Of a DNA stretch of 64,000 nt, positions 9,360 to 17,299 are shown piece after piece. The DNA is from an uncultured Lachnospiraceae bacterium. Lineage in GTDB: Bacteria > Bacillota > Clostridia > Lachnospirales > Anaerotignaceae. Numbering within the stretch: the stretch's first letter is position 1; each line of letters opens with the position of its first letter. Below the pieces are notes generated by a model. The model was not told the origin of the DNA. It worked only from the letters and a program-made list of their open reading frames with translations, and made no database searches. The position numbers were made by a program, and so were the translations under genes. Where the stretch lies: NCBI GenBank assembly GCA_944381395.1, contig CALWKY010000041.1, forward strand, positions 79,942-143,941, given 5' to 3'.

Positions 9360-11017
9360 CAAAAAAAATACTTCGTTCCATGTTTTCTATGGCTTTTGTC
9401 ATACTCGTCGCTTCTTTTCTCATTCTTTTAGGTGCGTTATACAGCTACTTTACCAACTTGCAAGCTGATCGGCTGCGTTCTGAAATGAATCTGGCGGCAT
9501 ATAGTGTGTCTGAAGATGGGATTTCCTATTTAGAAAACCTGCAATCAACAGATTTTCGTCTGACCTGGATTGGAGCAGATGGCTCTGTTCTTTATGACAC
9601 ACATTTTAACGCAGAAGAAATGGAAAACCATAGCCAGAGAGAAGAAATTCAGTCCGCATTTGCGACCGGTGAAGGCGAAAGCAGCCGTTACTCCTCTACC
9701 CTCACAGAAAAAAACCTTTATTACGCAAAACTGCTGGAGGATGGCACTGTACTTCGTATCTCCACCAGCTACGCTGCCGTGCCAATGCTGGTTTTAGGGC
9801 TTTTGCCTCCCTTTGTATTGGTTTTTGGGTTTGCTCTGGTGTTAGCCGCAATTCTTTCCAAACGGTTATCTAATCGCATTGTAGCGCCTTTAAATGATTT
9901 AAATTTTGATGAACCATTAGAAAACAATACTTATGATGAATTGTCTCCTATGCTGGTACATATGGAACAACAACGCAGACAAATTACGCAGCAGTTAAGT
10001 GAATTAAAAAAGCAACAAAACGAATTTGCTGCTGTTACAAAAGATATGAAAGAAGGTTTGGTTCTGCTCAATGAGCAAGAAAGAATCCTGAGCATCAACG
10101 CAGCCGCCATGTCTTTTTTGGAAATTAAAGATGCCCATGCAGGCGAAGATTTCTTAGTGATTGAAAGAAATCGTGAAATTGATCAACTTTTGCAAAAAGC
10201 TTTGCAAAATGGCAGCAGCGAAGGTCAGATCAGTAAGCATGGAAGTATCTTCCAATTAAATGCTTCTCGTATTATGGCTGATGATAAAACCAGCGGTGTT
10301 GTTTTACTGATTTTTGATGTAACCGAAAAAGTCTTTGCGGAAAGAAACCGTAGAGAATTTACTGCAAATGTTTCTCATGAGTTAAAAACGCCCCTTCATG
10401 CCATTATGGGCAGTGCGGAATTACTGGAAAGTGGTTTGGTAAAAACAGAAGATATCCCCCGCTTTGTTGGTCAGATTCGCACAGAAGCAGATCGTCTGCT
10501 GTCTTTGATTGAAGATATCATTCGTCTGTCACAGCTGGATGAAAAGCGGGATTTACCTATGGAAACCCTTCGTTTAGACGAAATCGCAAAGAAAGAATTG
10601 GACGCCCTGTCTACTTCTGCCGCTGCCCATCAAGTAACTCTTTCTCTGGAAGCGAAGGAAATCACACTATACAGCAGCCAGCAACTGCTGCACGAAATTA
10701 TTTCAAACCTTTGCGAAAATGCCATTAAGTATAATCATGCTGGCGGAAAAGTTACGGTTGCTTTGGAAAAAACAGATGCTTTAGCCATGATTACTGTAAC
10801 AGATACTGGAATCGGTATTCCCCTCGAAGATCAGGCAAGAGTATTTGAACGTTTCTATCGGGTAGATAAGAGTCATTCCAAAGAAACGGATGGCACTGGA
10901 TTAGGTCTTTCCATTGTAAAACACGCTGTAGAGTACTTAGGTGGTACCATTCACCTAACCAGTACAGTAGGAAAAGGCAGCCAAATTCGTGTGACCCTTC
11001 CCTTAAATAAAAAATAA
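9356..11017 (+). CDS. phoR: Phosphate-sensing histidine kinase (PhoR-type)
   Basis: 553 aa. Two N-terminal TM segments, a PAS-like region, the H-box FTANVSHELKTPL, and N/G boxes (NAIKYN, DTGIGIP, GTGLGLSIV). Confidence 0.85.
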   Translation: MTKKILRSMFSMAFVILVASFLILLGALYSYFTNLQADRLRSEMNLAAYSVSEDGISYLENLQSTDFRLTWIGADGSVLYDTHFNAEEMENHSQREEIQSAFATGEGESSRYSSTLTEKNLYYAKLLEDGTVLRISTSYAAVPMLVLGLLPPFVLVFGFALVLAAILSKRLSNRIVAPLNDLNFDEPLENNTYDELSPMLVHMEQQRRQITQQLSELKKQQNEFAAVTKDMKEGLVLLNEQERILSINAAAMSFLEIKDAHAGEDFLVIERNREIDQLLQKALQNGSSEGQISKHGSIFQLNASRIMADDKTSGVVLLIFDVTEKVFAERNRREFTANVSHELKTPLHAIMGSAELLESGLVKTEDIPRFVGQIRTEADRLLSLIEDIIRLSQLDEKRDLPMETLRLDEIAKKELDALSTSAAAHQVTLSLEAKEITLYSSQQLLHEIISNLCENAIKYNHAGGKVTVALEKTDALAMITVTDTGIGIPLEDQARVFERFYRVDKSHSKETDGTGLGLSIVKHAVEYLGGTIHLTSTVGKGSQIRVTLPLNKK

Positions 11018-11049
11018 AAAGAACCGCAATAGAGGTTTCTTTATAAAAA

Positions 11050-11215
11050 CAAAGACAGCTGAAATCCTTACTTTGATAAGAATTTCAGCTGTTTCTTTTT
11101 GATCTGTATTGTTTTTTCTGGAGACAACCGTCGCAATTCCTCTTAAGAAATCAAAAGAAAGAAACATCATATTTTCTTAAGGGGAGATTGCATTGCGGTT
11201 CTTTTTTATCATTTA
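11050..11215 (-). repeat. Two-hairpin 3' intergenic element, copy A (downstream of the exonuclease gene)
   Basis: On the minus strand it contains:
- hairpin 1, GCAATCTCCCCTTAAGAAA / TTTCTTAAGAGGAATTGC, with a CU-rich loop
- the box GGAATTGCGACGGTTGTCTCC (11120-11140)
- hairpin 2, ACAGCTGAAAT.. (11055-11092), followed by a T-run
It is homologous to the copies at 33.9, 47.3 and 55.3 kb. Confidence 0.7.
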
Positions 11216-11226
11216 ATTGCGCTGCT

Positions 11227-11994
11227 TTATTCCTTCTTTTCCCGCTTTTTTAGTTTCAAATCATACTTTTGTATCCGTCCTAACTTATAAGCTTCCTTAA
11301 TCCAGCTCTGCTCTTCTTCCGAAAGCGCTCTTCCTGCTTTTTCAGTAAAATGGGTAAACAGCGCTTTGGTATCGATACGGGCACGGATTTTTTTTGCAGT
11401 CATCTGCAAGGGCTGGAATATTTCTGGTACAATCTTTTCCGGATGAACGATACGGAAAATTTCCGCTGTATAGGAAGCATCAGAAAAAGCATCATGAAAT
11501 GCATCAGAAATAGGAATCTGCAATGCAGTAACCGCATTTTTCAGACCAATGGAACGCCCTGCTTCCTGATGTAAATAAACAGATGCATACCCTTGAACAT
11601 CTATCATTTTATCCGTTATACTATCTACACTCAAATCATAATACAGAATGTTTTTAAAAAGGGATTTGATATCATCCTTTCCCCAAGTACATAAAACAGC
11701 GTCCTCACTGCCAATAAAAGCAGTAAACGCTTCAAATACAGCAGGGAAATCCGCTTGTCCTTGCAGCATTTCCGCATGGATTCCTGTAATTTTTTCCACA
11801 AAAGGATGAATACGGGGATAAATCTGTGGTTGGATCAATCGGTTAAATGTATCTACTGTCTGAAATTGTTCGTTCAGCTTTAATGCACCTATCTGAATGA
11901 TTTCAAATGGACATTCTGGTACCGTTACAGTAGATTTTCCAGTCTGAAAGGGAAAGGCTTGATTAAACTCCAAGTCTAATACAATATAATGCAT
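11227..11994 (-). CDS. DEDDh 3'-5' exonuclease domain protein (KapD/DnaQ-like)
   Basis: 255 aa. ExoI motif YIVLDLEFN, ExoII CTWGKDDIKSL, ExoIII HDAFSDASYTAEI. Confidence 0.75.
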   Translation of the reverse strand: MHYIVLDLEFNQAFPFQTGKSTVTVPECPFEIIQIGALKLNEQFQTVDTFNRLIQPQIYPRIHPFVEKITGIHAEMLQGQADFPAVFEAFTAFIGSEDAVLCTWGKDDIKSLFKNILYYDLSVDSITDKMIDVQGYASVYLHQEAGRSIGLKNAVTALQIPISDAFHDAFSDASYTAEIFRIVHPEKIVPEIFQPLQMTAKKIRARIDTKALFTHFTEKAGRALSEEEQSWIKEAYKLGRIQKYDLKLKKREKKE

Positions 11995-12074
11995 GGAAAA
12001 ATCCTCCTATTTTCATTTCCTATTACTTTTTCTATGATAGCATAGCCGGAAAGAAAGGAAAAGCAGTTTTTTTG

Positions 12075-12103
12075 TTGAATCTCCCTATTGGGGATGTTAC
12101 AAT
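12075..12103 (+). promoter_or_regulatory. Sigma-A-type promoter for the 83-aa ORF and alcohol dehydrogenase genes
   Basis: TTGAAT (12075-12080), 17-nt spacer, TACAAT (12098-12103). Confidence 0.5.
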
Positions 12104-12126
12104 GCAAAGTAAGGAGCGTGATCACT

Positions 12127-12378
12127 ATGAAACTCGTATTTCCTCAGGAAATGATTGATGCGAAAGAAAATCAAATTTACTTAGAAGATGATGATCTGTT
12201 GATGGAAGGCGAATATTTGGAAGGCGAAGGTAAGCATTATACCATCTGTGGTATCGCAACCATTGAAGGAGAACGCTACCACGATTTCATCATTGAATTT
12301 GAATTATTGGAAGAAGTAGACCCCACCTGTGAAGCGATTATGGCAGCAGAATGGGATTGGTATGATTTTTTATGTTAA
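12127..12378 (+). CDS. Small acidic hypothetical protein (83 aa)
   Basis: Start moved to MKLVFPQ, which has an AAGGAG RBS 8 nt upstream. I recognise no family. Confidence 0.5.
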   Translation: MKLVFPQEMIDAKENQIYLEDDDLLMEGEYLEGEGKHYTICGIATIEGERYHDFIIEFELLEEVDPTCEAIMAAEWDWYDFLC

Positions 12379-12396
12379 TCAGAAAGGAGTATTCCC

Positions 12397-13497
12397 ATGG
12401 TTGATTTTACTTATTTCATGCCGACTAAAATTTTTTATGGAAAAGATTGTGTCATTAAAAACGGAACTGTCCTTTCCACTTTAGGTAAGAAAGCAATGAT
12501 TGTCACAGGGCATTCCTCCGCAAAGAAAAATGGTGCCCTTACAGACATCAGAAGCGCATTAGAATGGGCTGGGATTGCATGGATACTCTTTGACGCAGTA
12601 GAAGAAAATCCCTCTGTACAGACCGTAGAACAAGGCGCAGCACTGGCAAGAGAAAAAGGCGTTGACTTTTTCATCGGTATTGGCGGCGGCTCCCCTATGG
12701 ATGCAGCCAAAGCGATGGCTTGTCTTGCGGCAAATCCCCAAAAATCCGGCGAAGATTTATACGGTGCTGCAATGTCCCATTTGCCTGTAGTCGCAATCCC
12801 TACCACAGCTGGAACGGGTTCAGAAGTCACTCAATTTTCCGTATTAACCAGACGCTCCATGCGTACCAAGGCTTCTATTTCTACCCATGTTTTTCCTGTA
12901 TTTGCATTTTTGGATGGAAAGTATATGGATACACTTTCTGCTCGTGTCACCAATGAAACAGCCGTAGATGCCCTCAGCCATTTAACAGAAAGTTATTTTC
13001 ATGCCCAAAGCAATATTATGAGCGAGATCGCAGTAGAATCCGGCTTTTTTATGTTTGCGAAATGTATCCCCTCTTTGCGGAAAAGAAACTACACCTCCAG
13101 CGATCGGCAGGCATTACTTCTGGCGTCTAATTTAGGTGGTATTGCCATTGCACAGACAGGCACCTCTCTGCCCCACGGTCTTGGATACTTCCTCACCTAC
13201 GAAAAAGGTATCCCTCATGGCAGGGCAAATGGCTTACTAATGGGTGCTTATTTGGATCTTTTTATGGAAAAAGAAGGAGAAAAAATTCAGAAAATGCTTT
13301 CTTTACTTGGTTTTTCCAGTTTAGAGGAGCTGAAAGCATTTTTCAAGGAAGTATTAGATACACCAGAAACTTTCTCCGATGCTCAAATCAAAGACTTTAC
13401 CAAACGCGTGATGGAAGCCCCTGCAAAATTGGCATCTTTCCCCTATCCTGTTACAGAAGAAGTGATTTACGAGCTGTATGCAAAGAGCTTATTATAA
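12397..13497 (+). CDS. Iron-containing alcohol dehydrogenase family protein
   Basis: 366 aa. GGGSPMDAAKA dinucleotide/metal motif and PTTAGTGSE, typical of Fe-ADH. Confidence 0.85.
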   Translation: MVDFTYFMPTKIFYGKDCVIKNGTVLSTLGKKAMIVTGHSSAKKNGALTDIRSALEWAGIAWILFDAVEENPSVQTVEQGAALAREKGVDFFIGIGGGSPMDAAKAMACLAANPQKSGEDLYGAAMSHLPVVAIPTTAGTGSEVTQFSVLTRRSMRTKASISTHVFPVFAFLDGKYMDTLSARVTNETAVDALSHLTESYFHAQSNIMSEIAVESGFFMFAKCIPSLRKRNYTSSDRQALLLASNLGGIAIAQTGTSLPHGLGYFLTYEKGIPHGRANGLLMGAYLDLFMEKEGEKIQKMLSLLGFSSLEELKAFFKEVLDTPETFSDAQIKDFTKRVMEAPAKLASFPYPVTEEVIYELYAKSLL

Positions 13498-13504
13498 ATA
13501 TTTC

Positions 13505-13538
13505 AAAAGCCTGTGTTGTTAAAACACAGGCTTTTTTT
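13505..13538. terminator. Bidirectional terminator between the ADH gene (+) and the YkvI-like gene (-)
   Basis: AAAAGCCTGTGTT-gtta-AAACACAGGCTTTTTTT. Confidence 0.8.
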
Positions 13539-13552
13539 AGATTATTTTTAGC

Positions 13553-14656
13553 TCATAATGTTTTTTTCGGCAAATTACCATATTTTTTTCGTTCGTTACG
13601 TACGCGAATCTGCTTTACAATCATAAATACCATAAATACCGCACCAATATATCCATAGAAGGAATAAATTTTATTTACTAACACATCAAAAGGAATAACC
13701 GCACCACTTACTAAGCAAACAATGCCTAAGGCAATTACAAGGATATTAAATTTCTTTGTTTTTTCCTTTGCAAAACGCGCGGAGAAATTCCACAGCATCG
13801 GCGCGGCAGAAGTATAAATTCCAAGCAATACAATAACAATAAAGAAAAGCCCCAAAAATGGTGAAATCTGTCCAGCAATATAGAGTGTAGGAATCATCTG
13901 CGCATGAACCAGTTCTATATCACTTAAAAACGCAAGAGAAATCGTAATAATGGTCACGCCTAAAGAAACGATACCAATAATTCCGCCCCATACCGCATTC
14001 TTTGTACAATTTGCTGTAGCGCCTACCATTGGCAAAAAAGGCGCCAAAGACAAAGACATAAATGAAGCATACATAAAACCAGAAATAAGCCAGTTTTCAG
14101 ACGGCTGCGGAATATCCAACGTGGAAACGGTAGAAAAGCCTTCTGTGAATCCCCCAAAATTTTGAATCAAAAAGGTAGCTGCGGTTGCAATGGTTGTTAC
14201 AATGATAACAGGACCAACGGCACCAATAATATCTACCACTTTTCTGAGTCCTAAAATTGCTGTAATCATAGACGCAGCTGCGAGAATTAAACTTCCAACA
14301 GCATTGGGCAGCCCCAAATACTGGTGGAAAGATGCGCCTGCACCAGAAAGAAATGTAATAAAACTTAAAATCATATAGGAAAATGCGACAAACTCAAATA
14401 TTCTGCCTGCTTTTTCGCCACAATAGTAAAAAAAGACCTCATTTACAGATGTGATACTGTTTTCCTTCCCTAGTTTCAAAAAAGACACACTCAAATAAAT
14501 ATAAAATACCATTGCAACAATGCATCCCAAAATGCCCAAAAGTCCGAAAGATGCAAAATATTGCAGCAATTCCTGACCAGTTGCAAAACCAGAGCCTACA
14601 ATAAACGCAACTAAAGCTCCACCGATTTTAATTACTTCCGCTACATTCTTTTTCAT
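13553..14656 (-). CDS. YkvI-family membrane protein (putative transporter)
   Basis: 367 aa and polytopic. The N-terminal GSGFATGQELLQYF matches the YkvI signature as I recall it. Confidence 0.65.
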   Translation of the reverse strand: MKKNVAEVIKIGGALVAFIVGSGFATGQELLQYFASFGLLGILGCIVAMVFYIYLSVSFLKLGKENSITSVNEVFFYYCGEKAGRIFEFVAFSYMILSFITFLSGAGASFHQYLGLPNAVGSLILAAASMITAILGLRKVVDIIGAVGPVIIVTTIATAATFLIQNFGGFTEGFSTVSTLDIPQPSENWLISGFMYASFMSLSLAPFLPMVGATANCTKNAVWGGIIGIVSLGVTIITISLAFLSDIELVHAQMIPTLYIAGQISPFLGLFFIVIVLLGIYTSAAPMLWNFSARFAKEKTKKFNILVIALGIVCLVSGAVIPFDVLVNKIYSFYGYIGAVFMVFMIVKQIRVRNERKKYGNLPKKTL

Positions 14657-14888
14657 CGTAATCCGTTCTCCTTTTTCATCAGGCTGGCATCATAAATAAA
14701 GTTCATTTCATTCATTTTTACAAAATACATTTGAAGTCGACCTTTTTACACCATACAAGCTTGCTTGGTTTATTTTGTGTTCTTAGTATATTACATCGTT
14801 TTTCATTTGTAAAACGAATTGATTTTATATTATCCATCAAAATAATTGATAGTTATTTTTTTCTTTTCCTAAATTTTTGTACAGAAAT

Positions 14889-14917
14889 AGAAAAAACCGA
14901 ACCTCTATGAGGTTCGG
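14889..14917. terminator. Orphan strong hairpin with an A-run 5' (reads as a minus-strand terminator)
   Basis: AAAAAA-CCGAACCTC-tat-GAGGTTCGG. There is no CDS immediately upstream on either strand. Confidence 0.5.
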
Positions 14918-14950
14918 CAGCAGTTTTTGTTCCTTAGATTAGATTTGAAG

Positions 14951-14979
14951 TTGCAAAAGTAGGTTGTCATTGTTATAAT
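14951..14979 (+). promoter_or_regulatory. Sigma-A promoter of tRNA-Ser
   Basis: TTGCAA (14951-14956), 17-nt spacer, TATAAT (14974-14979). It ends 12 nt before the tRNA 5' end. Confidence 0.7.
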
Positions 14980-14990
14980 AAAAATGTTAT

Positions 14991-15076
14991 GGAGACGTAT
15001 CGAAGTGGTCGTAACGAGCCTGACTCGAAATCAGGTTGTCCGCAAGGGCACGTGGGTTCGAATCCCACCGTCTCCG
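14991..15076 (+). tRNA. tRNA-Ser (anticodon CGA)
   Basis: I folded the cloverleaf by hand:
- acceptor GGAGACG/CGTCTCC
- anticodon stem CCTGA/TCAGG with loop CTCGAAA
- long variable arm
- T arm GTGGG-TTCGAAT-CCCAC
- discriminator G
No CCA is encoded. Confidence 0.9.
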
Positions 15077-15332
15077 TTAGCTTTTCTATATATCAAACAG
15101 AATACTATCTAATCAAACACAAGCAATAAAAATACAAAATTGAAAACCTACAAAATTTGTTTTTTAATTGTTGTAACAATCTAAAAATTGCTTTTCGCAG
15201 ACTTTGATATGAATTACCGCAGGAAAGACCGGATTATACAGGCTACTTCATCTATCCATTTGAAGTGCCGTTATGGGGATTCCTTTCATTATTTATCTGG
15301 GTCTTAGAAAAAATAAAAATAGTTTCCATAAA

Positions 15333-15367
15333 GAAAACCATGTCCATTTCAAAGGACATGGTTTTTG
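15333..15367. terminator. Terminator downstream of trmD (bidirectional)
   Basis: CCATGTCC-atttcaaa-GGACATGG, flanked by A-rich and T-rich runs. Confidence 0.7.
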
Positions 15368-15403
15368 TTCTGTTTCCAATATGAATTTACACCATATTTC
15401 TTT

Positions 15404-16174
15404 TTATATTTTTGGATCCTGCTGAGAAGCTTTATGGGACCATATTCCCCGCTCCTGCAAAAATCGAATATCTTTTTTGCTCAGCTCTGCTTTTTCCAAT
15501 AATTCCGGACGTTTTTTCGCAGTACGCAGTAAAGACTGTTCCCGTCTCCATTGATCTACCTTTCCGTGATGCCCGCTTAAAAGCACTTCCGGCACTTCCC
15601 TGCCTAAAAATACAGGCGGTCTAGTATATTGGGGATACTCTAGCAAACCATCGGAAAAACTTTCATCGGCAAAGCTTTCTTCTTTTCCCAACACACCAGG
15701 TACTAACCGAGAAACGGCATCTATGATGGTAATGGCAGCCAACTCTCCTCCAGTCAATACAAAGTCGCCCAGAGAAATTTCATCGGTGACAATCTCCTCA
15801 ATAACCCGTTCATCTACTCCTTCATAATGTCCGCAAAGGAATACCAGTTTTTCTTCTTTGGATAACTCCTCTGCAACTCTTTGGGTAAAAGGGCGCCCCT
15901 GAGGCGTCATATAGATAACACGTGCGCCTTCTGTTTGTTGGGCAATACTCTGGTAAGCATCATAGATCGGCTGTCCCTGCATAACCATACCAGCTCCACC
16001 GCCATAAGGGTAGTCATCTACATGTTTTTGCTTATTCAGTGTAAAATCCCGAATGTTGATAGCGTCTACAGAAATAATGCCTTCTTTTTGCGCCCTCCCC
16101 ATAATACTGTGGGAAAGGGTTTGCTGAATCATTTCCGGAAATAATGTCAGTACATAGTATTCTCGCCGTTCCAT
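15404..16174 (-). CDS. trmD: tRNA (guanine37-N1)-methyltransferase TrmD
   Basis: 256 aa. Motifs [31 protein letters not shown] and [12 protein letters not shown]. Confidence 0.95.
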   Translation of the reverse strand: MERREYYVLTLFPEMIQQTLSHSIMGRAQKEGIISVDAINIRDFTLNKQKHVDDYPYGGGAGMVMQGQPIYDAYQSIAQQTEGARVIYMTPQGRPFTQRVAEELSKEEKLVFLCGHYEGVDERVIEEIVTDEISLGDFVLTGGELAAITIIDAVSRLVPGVLGKEESFADESFSDGLLEYPQYTRPPVFLGREVPEVLLSGHHGKVDQWRREQSLLRTAKKRPELLEKAELSKKDIRFLQERGIWSHKASQQDPKI

Positions 16175-16683
16175 TAGTCCCTCAATCCTTCCAGAAGATG
16201 TACCGTCATTTTCTTTTCTGCCGGATCTACGGCTAAAACCACGTCTTTAATCGCAGGCAGCAAAAGATCCTTAGCGCCTTCTTTTTTCACTACATACACA
16301 TCATTAGAGCCGGTGGAAAAAATCTCCTCTATCTTTCCCAGTTCTTCTCCTGCATCTGTCACAACTGTCAAACCATAAAGGTCTCTGGTATAGTATTCGT
16401 CTTCTTCCAGCGGAATTGCCTGCGCGTCAGGGATCAGGATAGATGCGGTTTTATACAGCTCTGCTACATTGATATCCGTAATTTCCTTCACTGTCAATAA
16501 AATAAACTGCTTTTGATAAGCTACTTTCTGGATATGGAATACTTCCTGTCTGCCGCGCAGCTGGAAAATTACTTCTTTTAATCTTTCAAAACGGGAAGGG
16601 TCTTCCGTAGTGGGAAAAACCCGCATCGTACCACGAATGCCATGGGTTCCTGTTACTTTTCCGATCTCAAAATATCCTTCCAT
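16174..16683 (-). CDS. rimM: Ribosome maturation factor RimM
   Basis: 169 aa. [12 protein letters not shown] plus a PRC-barrel C-terminus. The stop overlaps the trmD start. Confidence 0.9.
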   Translation of the reverse strand: MEGYFEIGKVTGTHGIRGTMRVFPTTEDPSRFERLKEVIFQLRGRQEVFHIQKVAYQKQFILLTVKEITDINVAELYKTASILIPDAQAIPLEEDEYYTRDLYGLTVVTDAGEELGKIEEIFSTGSNDVYVVKKEGAKDLLLPAIKDVVLAVDPAEKKMTVHLLEGLRD

Positions 16684-16758
16684 ATTTCCTCTCCTATATC
16701 TTCCGGCAGTAAAAACAAAATCAGCAGGGTACCCAAAAGCACCCTGCTACATTCTGTT

Positions 16759-16989
16759 TTACTGCACAATCTCAACTACGATTCTCTTATCCTCGTGGAT
16801 CGCAGCCGCTTTCACTACGGTACGAATCGCCTTTGCAATTCTGCCCTGCTTCCCGATGACTTTTCCCATGTCTTCGGGAGCAACTTTCAGCTCTAAAACC
16901 AAGGAACGGTCTCCCTCGGATTCCGTCACAACAACCTGATCAGGGTAATCCACAAGATTTTTAGCAATGACCTCTAAGAGATCTTTCAT
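16759..16989 (-). CDS. KH-domain RNA-binding protein (YlqC family)
   Basis: GKVIGKQGRIAKAIRTV is a KH motif. I chose the second ATG (MKDLLE) because its spacing from GGGAGG is better. Confidence 0.85.
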   Translation of the reverse strand: MKDLLEVIAKNLVDYPDQVVVTESEGDRSLVLELKVAPEDMGKVIGKQGRIAKAIRTVVKAAAIHEDKRIVVEIVQ

Positions 16990-17012
16990 TTGCATTGCCT
17001 CCCTTTTTCAGA

Positions 17013-17261
17013 TTATTCAGCAATAACGCCAGCTTTCTTCAGCAGAGCCTTTACAGTATCGGAAGGCTGTGCGCCGTTTGCAAGCCACTTGTTAGCTGCT
17101 TCTGCGTTTACCTTCAGCTCAACGGGTTCCTTAGTGGGATCATAGTAACCGATCTCATCAATAGACTTACCGTTTCTGCTTACTCTGGAGTCTGCAACAA
17201 CGATTCTATAGAAAGGAGCCTTCTTTGCACCCAATCTCTTTAATCTCATCTTTACTGCCAT
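17013..17261 (-). CDS. rpsP: 30S ribosomal protein S16
   Basis: 82 aa: [26 protein letters not shown]... Confidence 0.95.
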   Translation of the reverse strand: MAVKMRLKRLGAKKAPFYRIVVADSRVSRNGKSIDEIGYYDPTKEPVELKVNAEAANKWLANGAQPSDTVKALLKKAGVIAE

Positions 17262-17299
17262 GTTCTTTCACCTCCTAAGAAATTTTGGAATAGATATAT

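Noticed and set aside
15212-15310. 32-aa ORF (MNYRRKDRIIQATSSIHLKCRYGDSFHYLSGS) ending in TAG, in the trmD/tRNA-Ser spacer
   Set aside because: It has no Shine-Dalgarno sequence and no recognisable family. It would also be the only TAG-terminated gene in the window, so it is most likely a chance ORF.
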